Shown here piece after piece: positions 47,829-49,989 of a DNA stretch of 49,989 nucleotides (position 1 is the stretch's first letter; each line of letters starts with the position of its first letter). Position numbers and translations under genes: made by a program. The notes under the pieces are model-generated. The model was given only the letters and a program-made list of their open reading frames with translations, did not search any database and was not told where the DNA came from. The stretch comes from Natronohydrobacter sp. (GTDB lineage Bacteria > Pseudomonadota > Alphaproteobacteria > Rhodobacterales > Rhodobacteraceae), in NCBI GenBank assembly GCA_007118445.1, contig SKRP01000134.1, forward strand, positions 1 through 49,989. Reading direction: 5' to 3'.

Positions 47829-49117
47829 CCCCGCCAGAGACATTCTCGGCCCGTGCCCCGTTGCGCCGCGCGCTGTTGGTGCTCATCATGTTCGCCTTCG
47901 GCTTTGGCGGCTGGGCCGTCGGCGCTCAGATCGCAGGCGCGGTCATCGCGCCCGGCCAGATCGAGGTGGAGGGTCAGCGCCGGATCGTCCAGCACCCCGA
48001 GGGCGGCAGCGTGGCCGAGATCCTTGTCCATGAGGGGATGTCGGTCACGGCAGGCAGCGTCTTGCTCCGGCTCGACGCCGCGCAGCCGCGCTCCGAGCTA
48101 GCCATTCTCGACGCGCATCGGGTCGAATTGCTGGCCCGGCAAGCACGGTTGCAGGCCGAGCGCGACGGGCAGGACCGGCTCCGGCTGAGCCCGGCGCTGC
48201 AGCAGGCGGGCGCGGCATATCAGCAGGTTATCGACGGGCAGCAGCACTTGCTTCTTGCCCGCCGCGAAAACATGGCGGCCCTGCGCGCGCAACTGGAACA
48301 GCGTCGCTTTCAGATCGCGGCGCAGATCGAGGGGCTGAATGCGCAGCTGGCCGCGCTGGAGCGCCAGCGCGCGCTCACCATGGAGGAACGCGACACACAG
48401 GCAGCGCTTCAGGCGCGCGGCCTGACCCAGGCTGCGCGCGGCCTGGCGCTGGAGCGCGAACTGGCGCGCATCGATGGCGAGCTCGGGGCCTTGCTGGCCG
48501 CACGCGCAGCCGCTGCTGAACGCGATGCGGAAACCCGACAGCAGATCCGCTTGCTTGCGTCCCAGCATCGCGAAGAGGTCGAGCAAGCCTTGCGCGACAT
48601 CAGCGCGCAGTTGCTGGAACTGGCCGAACGCAAACAGAACCTGCGTTACAGGATCGCCGCCACGGAATTGCGCGCTCCGGTCGCCGGGATGGTCTATGGC
48701 TTGCAGGTTACAACCCCCCGTGCGGTGTTGCGACCAGCCGAAACGGCCCTGCATATCGTGCCGGATGATCGCGCTGTGGTGATCATCGCACGACTGCCCC
48801 CTGCTGCCGCGCATCAGATCCGCCCCGGACAGACCGCGCTGGTCTATCTCTCGGGACGTGCGATGCGCAACACACCACAGATTTTCGCACAGGTGATGCA
48901 TGTGTCGGCTGATGTTTTTGCCGATGATCCGCAGATACCGCCGCATTATCGTGCCGAGTTGAAGCTGGACGCGGACAGTCTGGCGGCGCTTGATCCGGGC
49001 ATGATCCAGCCCGGCCTGCCAGTGGAAGTATTCTTTCAGACCGACCTGCGCCGCCCGATCAGCTACCTGACCGCGCCGCTGACGGCCTATTTCAGGCGCG
49101 CCTTGCGTGAGACGTGA
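47825..49117 (+). CDS. Type I secretion membrane fusion protein (HlyD/PrtE family)
   Basis: TM anchor, AVIAPG, VQHPEGG.V, long coiled coil, LRAPVAG.V, PGLPVEVF.QT..R and YL.APL. Confidence 0.92.
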   Translation: MTPPETFSARAPLRRALLVLIMFAFGFGGWAVGAQIAGAVIAPGQIEVEGQRRIVQHPEGGSVAEILVHEGMSVTAGSVLLRLDAAQPRSELAILDAHRVELLARQARLQAERDGQDRLRLSPALQQAGAAYQQVIDGQQHLLLARRENMAALRAQLEQRRFQIAAQIEGLNAQLAALERQRALTMEERDTQAALQARGLTQAARGLALERELARIDGELGALLAARAAAAERDAETRQQIRLLASQHREEVEQALRDISAQLLELAERKQNLRYRIAATELRAPVAGMVYGLQVTTPRAVLRPAETALHIVPDDRAVVIIARLPPAAAHQIRPGQTALVYLSGRAMRNTPQIFAQVMHVSADVFADDPQIPPHYRAELKLDADSLAALDPGMIQPGLPVEVFFQTDLRRPISYLTAPLTAYFRRALRET

Positions 49118-49988
49118 TGTCGGCACCGCCCTGACATTGCAGCAGCGTCTGCACAAACAGCGCCACAGCAGGGGCGATCAGTTGATCCGGGAAGTCATAG
49201 GCCGGATCGTGCAGCGCGGGATGTCCGGTGCCCGCGCCCAGAAAGCACAGCGCAGTGCGGGTTGTGCGGCTGAAGGCCCCGAAATCCTCTGAGGGGCGCA
49301 TCGGCAGGGCAAGCCGACCTGCAGGCAGGCCCAGCGCCTGTTGCGCGTCACGCAGATGCGCTGTGGCATCCGGGTGATTGACAGTGGCGTGGAAATGGTC
49401 GTGTCGGCAGATTTCCGGGCGGATCCCGCCTGTTGCGTAAAGCTGGTCCAGCAATTCGGCCTCGAAACGCGAAAGGCCCTCGTCATCATGGGCGCGCAGG
49501 GTCACGCGCGCTTCGGCGGTGCCCGGAGCAATGCCGAAAGCGGGCAGACCCATATTCAGATGACACAGGGTCGCCAGCCGGAAACCCGGTCCCATCGGCC
49601 CAGGCTGCGCAAACGGCGCGAGCGCCGCCATCAGCGCAGACAGCGCCCCGGCAGGCGACAGGCCGGTTTCGGGCTGCGCAGCATGGGCGGTGCGGCCCGC
49701 ATAGGCAAGGTGCCAGCCGACCGAGGCGCAGCTCGCCACCCCCGGCGCAACCGCAAGACTGCCCAGCGCCATGCCCGGCATATTGTGCAGCGCAAAGGCC
49801 CAGTCGGGCTGCAATTCATCAAAGCGCGGATCGGCCAGCACAGCGCGCGCGCCCGCACCTGTTTCCTCGGCAGGCTGGAACAGCAGGATCACCTGTCCGG
49901 TCCGGGGTGGGTTGCGCGCCAGCCACAGGCCCAGCCCGGCGAGAATCGCCATATGCCCGTCATGACCGCAAAGATGCGCGCGGCCCGC
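49092..49988 (-). CDS. M20D-family amidohydrolase (5' truncated by window edge)
   Basis: Frame open to the window end with HLCGHDGH, FQPAEE, ALHNMPG, SEDF and LHDPAYDFPD. Confidence 0.9.
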   Translation of the reverse strand, partial: AGRAHLCGHDGHMAILAGLGLWLARNPPRTGQVILLFQPAEETGAGARAVLADPRFDELQPDWAFALHNMPGMALGSLAVAPGVASCASVGWHLAYAGRTAHAAQPETGLSPAGALSALMAALAPFAQPGPMGPGFRLATLCHLNMGLPAFGIAPGTAEARVTLRAHDDEGLSRFEAELLDQLYATGGIRPEICRHDHFHATVNHPDATAHLRDAQQALGLPAGRLALPMRPSEDFGAFSRTTRTALCFLGAGTGHPALHDPAYDFPDQLIAPAVALFVQTLLQCQGGADITSHARRA

Positions 49989-49989
49989 G

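Overview
High-GC chromosomal window from an alphaproteobacterium, most likely Rhodobacterales (inferred from gene content, gene order and protein style). It is mostly core genome. Translation and secretion genes: ffh-chorismate mutase-rpsP-rimM-trmD, pheS and tRNA-Leu(TAG). Metabolism and repair genes: aroA, nnr, glnB-glnA, mgtE, glyA, NAD kinase, alkB, gloA, mutY and DUF721-dsbA. It also holds the conserved pckA/chvI-chvG-hprK-rapZ-EIIA-HPr cluster, a LiuR-type acyl-CoA degradation cluster, a MATE pump and a type I secretion ABC+MFP pair. I see no integrase, transposase, prophage, CRISPR array or defence system. The best leads are: (1) a dispersed, structured intergenic repeat family (core TTCATCTTG-N3/4-AAATACTC, six copies), two copies of which form a MITE-like inverted pair; (2) an outer-membrane protein made of three tandem beta-barrel-like repeats; (3) a T1SS ABC transporter lacking the catalytic Walker B glutamate; (4) two stand-alone Hint domains lacking the N-terminal nucleophile; (5) a structured mgtE leader with a candidate Pro-containing uORF. 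All calls come from reading motifs by eye; no searches were run.
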